From Candidatus Dojkabacteria bacterium (GTDB lineage Bacteria > Patescibacteriota > Dojkabacteria > B142 > OLB20), in the NCBI GenBank assembly GCA_035444565.1, contig DAOMOX010000004.1, positions 12,000 to 75,999 of the forward strand: DNA of 64,000 nt, given 5' to 3'. The translations under genes were made by a program, and so were the position numbers. Positions 61,797-64,000 of this stretch are shown piece by piece (the first letter of the stretch is position 1; each line of letters begins with the position of its first letter). Under the pieces are notes generated by a model. It was not told the origin of the DNA, did no database searches, and saw only the letters and a list, made by a program, of their open reading frames with translations.

Positions 61797-62303
61797 ATGT
61801 CTACTATTGCAACATTCGCCGGGGGTTGTTTCTGGTGTACTGAAGCTATTTTCCAGCATATTGATGGTGTTCTGAAAGTCACTCCTGGATATTCAGGTGG
61901 TGATATAGAAAATCCGACTTATAATCAAGTTTCTACCGGAGAAACAGGTCATGCTGAAGCAGTGCAGATTGAATTTGATCCTATAATTGTTGATTTTGAA
62001 CATTTGTTAAAAGTTCATTTTGAAACCCATGACCCTACAACATTGAATCAACAAGGTAACGATATCGGAACACAGTACAGATCCATTGTCTTCTATCATA
62101 ATGAAAAACAACTTGTAATAATCATTAAAGTATTAAAAAGTCTGAAGTTTGAAAAACCTATTGTTACTGAAGTTAAAAAATTCGAAAAGTTTTATGAGGC
62201 TGAGGATTACCATAAAAATTATTATAATAACCATAAGAATCAACCATACTGTCAGATTATAATTACGCCAAAGTTGGAAAAGGTGTTCGGTAAAAATGAT
62301 TAA
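61797..62303 (+). CDS. msrA: peptide-methionine (S)-S-oxide reductase
   Basis: FAGGCFWC, GYSGG, TGHAE, HDPTTLNQQGND.GTQYRS, AEDYH, YC; probable ATG at 61797. Confidence 0.97.
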   Translation: MSTIATFAGGCFWCTEAIFQHIDGVLKVTPGYSGGDIENPTYNQVSTGETGHAEAVQIEFDPIIVDFEHLLKVHFETHDPTTLNQQGNDIGTQYRSIVFYHNEKQLVIIIKVLKSLKFEKPIVTEVKKFEKFYEAEDYHKNYYNNHKNQPYCQIIITPKLEKVFGKND

Positions 62304-62317
62304 AATTACTGTGAAAA

Positions 62318-63079
62318 TTAATTATTGAGATTTTCAAGAATTAAATCGTTCACAAAACTCGGATTCTCCAAATTACTCATGTGCCCACTTTTTGGAACTA
62401 AACGATACTCAGAATTTTCTATTTTTTCGTGCATATATTGACCGATATTTTTGAAATATTCTAAATCGTGCTCTCCAACTAAGATTTGAGTTGGGCATGT
62501 AATTTCGTGGAGTCTATCTTTCGCATCCGGGATTACTAGTTCGTATTTGTTGCCGTTCAACCAGTGCCAACCTGAATAATCATCAAGAATGGTCTTTAAT
62601 TTGTTTGAAATCTCATTGTTTATATTCGTATATTCGAAGACATCATGAGATAGCCATTGCTCTTTGGCTTTTTGCATATCTTCATCAACTCTGATGGAAA
62701 AATCTACTGTACTTTTATAACCTCCAAGAGAAGAATCAAGTACTGTCAAAGTTTTTACAAATTTGGGGTGTTCTAAAGTAAAATCTATAGCGACCCTCCC
62801 TCCCATAGAAAGTCCTACCAAATGTACTTGTTTAAGTTCAAGTTGATTTAGTAATTGAAGAAGATCGTCGTGGTGAGAATAGTCTTGATTTGGAATAGAA
62901 GATTTACCATATCCTCGTAAATCATAAACCAACACATTAAAATCTGATGAAAATTCTTCAACTTGTGGTTCCCACATGCGATGGTCGAGAGAAAATCCAT
63001 GAAGAAAAACAAGCGTTTCCTGTGATTTCACAGCTAAATATTGATAGTAAATATCACCTTTGTAATTAAAATTACTCAT
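62318..63079 (-). CDS. alpha/beta fold hydrolase
   Basis: FLHG, YDLRGYGKS, GLSMGG, GEHD, GH..NLE.P. Confidence 0.92.
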   Translation of the reverse strand: MSNFNYKGDIYYQYLAVKSQETLVFLHGFSLDHRMWEPQVEEFSSDFNVLVYDLRGYGKSSIPNQDYSHHDDLLQLLNQLELKQVHLVGLSMGGRVAIDFTLEHPKFVKTLTVLDSSLGGYKSTVDFSIRVDEDMQKAKEQWLSHDVFEYTNINNEISNKLKTILDDYSGWHWLNGNKYELVIPDAKDRLHEITCPTQILVGEHDLEYFKNIGQYMHEKIENSEYRLVPKSGHMSNLENPSFVNDLILENLNN

Positions 63080-63998
63080 TATCGAAGAAATAATTCTTTA
63101 AATCGTTATAATCAAATCTACCATAATATTTATCGAATTTCTCCGAGTCTTTGAGAGATATTTTTCCTACAAATAACTTCAATATCTCCTCTTGATTTAA
63201 TTTCGCAATGTTCTGCGACTGAGCGAAATACATAGCGGGTTTTAATATATCTCCAGGCTTTGATGTGTCTACAAAACCGAACTTATGTCTCGATGACCTG
63301 TGCCATGCGAGTTCTGGTTCGAAACCTAAAGAGATGAAATAATTGTAAACTTCCCTTAGAGATGAATTCATACCTACCTTGCTAGCCATATATTCTGCTG
63401 AATGTTGATAAAGCGAATAATTGTCTTTGGTGACAAGATCCTGTAGATAAGTGGCTAACCCTTCTTCGGTCGCTAGATAATAATCACTCCTCGGGATATT
63501 GTTGTATATTCCGTTCTCATATCTCAATATGTGTGTTATTTCGTGTTTCACTTCACTCTCAATACTAAAGAATTGAAATGAGGCATATTTTGACATCTCT
63601 AAAGTCTTTTTATGACAATTGGGTCTGAAGCTAAAACCATGTTTGTCAACTGTTTTGAAAGAATACTCATAAAGTCCGAATAATTTAAATACTCTCTCAA
63701 ATTCAATTTGTATATAATTTGTATTTCGCACTTCTAATTTTGATGGCCTTCTCGAAAGTATTTGATTTGCTAGGTCGACATATTCCCAATCATACATCTG
63801 AAAGTGTAGTTTTGCGTATTTATGAATTGAATCAATATCTTGAGCTTTGATTGATTTCATCAAATTGAGTTTATCTCCTTGTGTAGTATATTCCACATCT
63901 TGATTTTGCCAATAATATTGAAATTGCGGATCGTACTCGTCAGAAGCAAGGAACTTCTCACGTTCAGTATGTAGATTTAAGGGTGTAATAAACTTCAA
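63072..63998 (-). CDS. DUF1704-family zinc metallopeptidase-like protein (start may lie at the window edge)
   Basis: HEITH (HExxH) followed by R..N, and TEEGLA motif. Confidence 0.75.
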   Translation of the reverse strand: MKFITPLNLHTEREKFLASDEYDPQFQYYWQNQDVEYTTQGDKLNLMKSIKAQDIDSIHKYAKLHFQMYDWEYVDLANQILSRRPSKLEVRNTNYIQIEFERVFKLFGLYEYSFKTVDKHGFSFRPNCHKKTLEMSKYASFQFFSIESEVKHEITHILRYENGIYNNIPRSDYYLATEEGLATYLQDLVTKDNYSLYQHSAEYMASKVGMNSSLREVYNYFISLGFEPELAWHRSSRHKFGFVDTSKPGDILKPAMYFAQSQNIAKLNQEEILKLFVGKISLKDSEKFDKYYGRFDYNDLKNYFFDNE

Positions 63999-64000
63999 CA

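Overview
AT-rich bacterial chromosomal segment read with standard code 11 (TAA, TAG and TGA all end genes). Genes are tightly packed, starts and stops often overlap, and leaders are AT-rich with few clear Shine-Dalgarno sites. The gene content and the giant Fn3/LamG surface protein suggest a Patescibacteria (CPR) genome, possibly Dojkabacteria-like; this is inference. The first ~34 kb is housekeeping: cell wall (PBP1A, RodA, FtsW, MurG, AcyP-UppS fusion, VanY-like, LysM), translation (truB, rplU, rpmA, pth, prfB, rpsT, tgt, rsmA), DNA metabolism (dnaE, uvrB, xseAB, helicase-nuclease) and sugar-phosphate enzymes. From ~34.5 kb the window is accessory-like. It holds a MacB-like ABC transporter plus a 2.7k-aa surface protein with apparently nested domains, and a lexA-umuD-umuC cassette whose UmuD lacks both its cleavage site and catalytic Ser and whose promoter carries two GTATAC-N3-GTATAC-type boxes. 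It also holds several REP-like palindromic elements with second hairpins nested inside them, a redox/repair cluster with an alkD-like gene interrupted by one in-frame TAG, and tRNA-Gly(CCC). No CRISPR array, rRNA, integrase, transposase or reverse transcriptase was seen.
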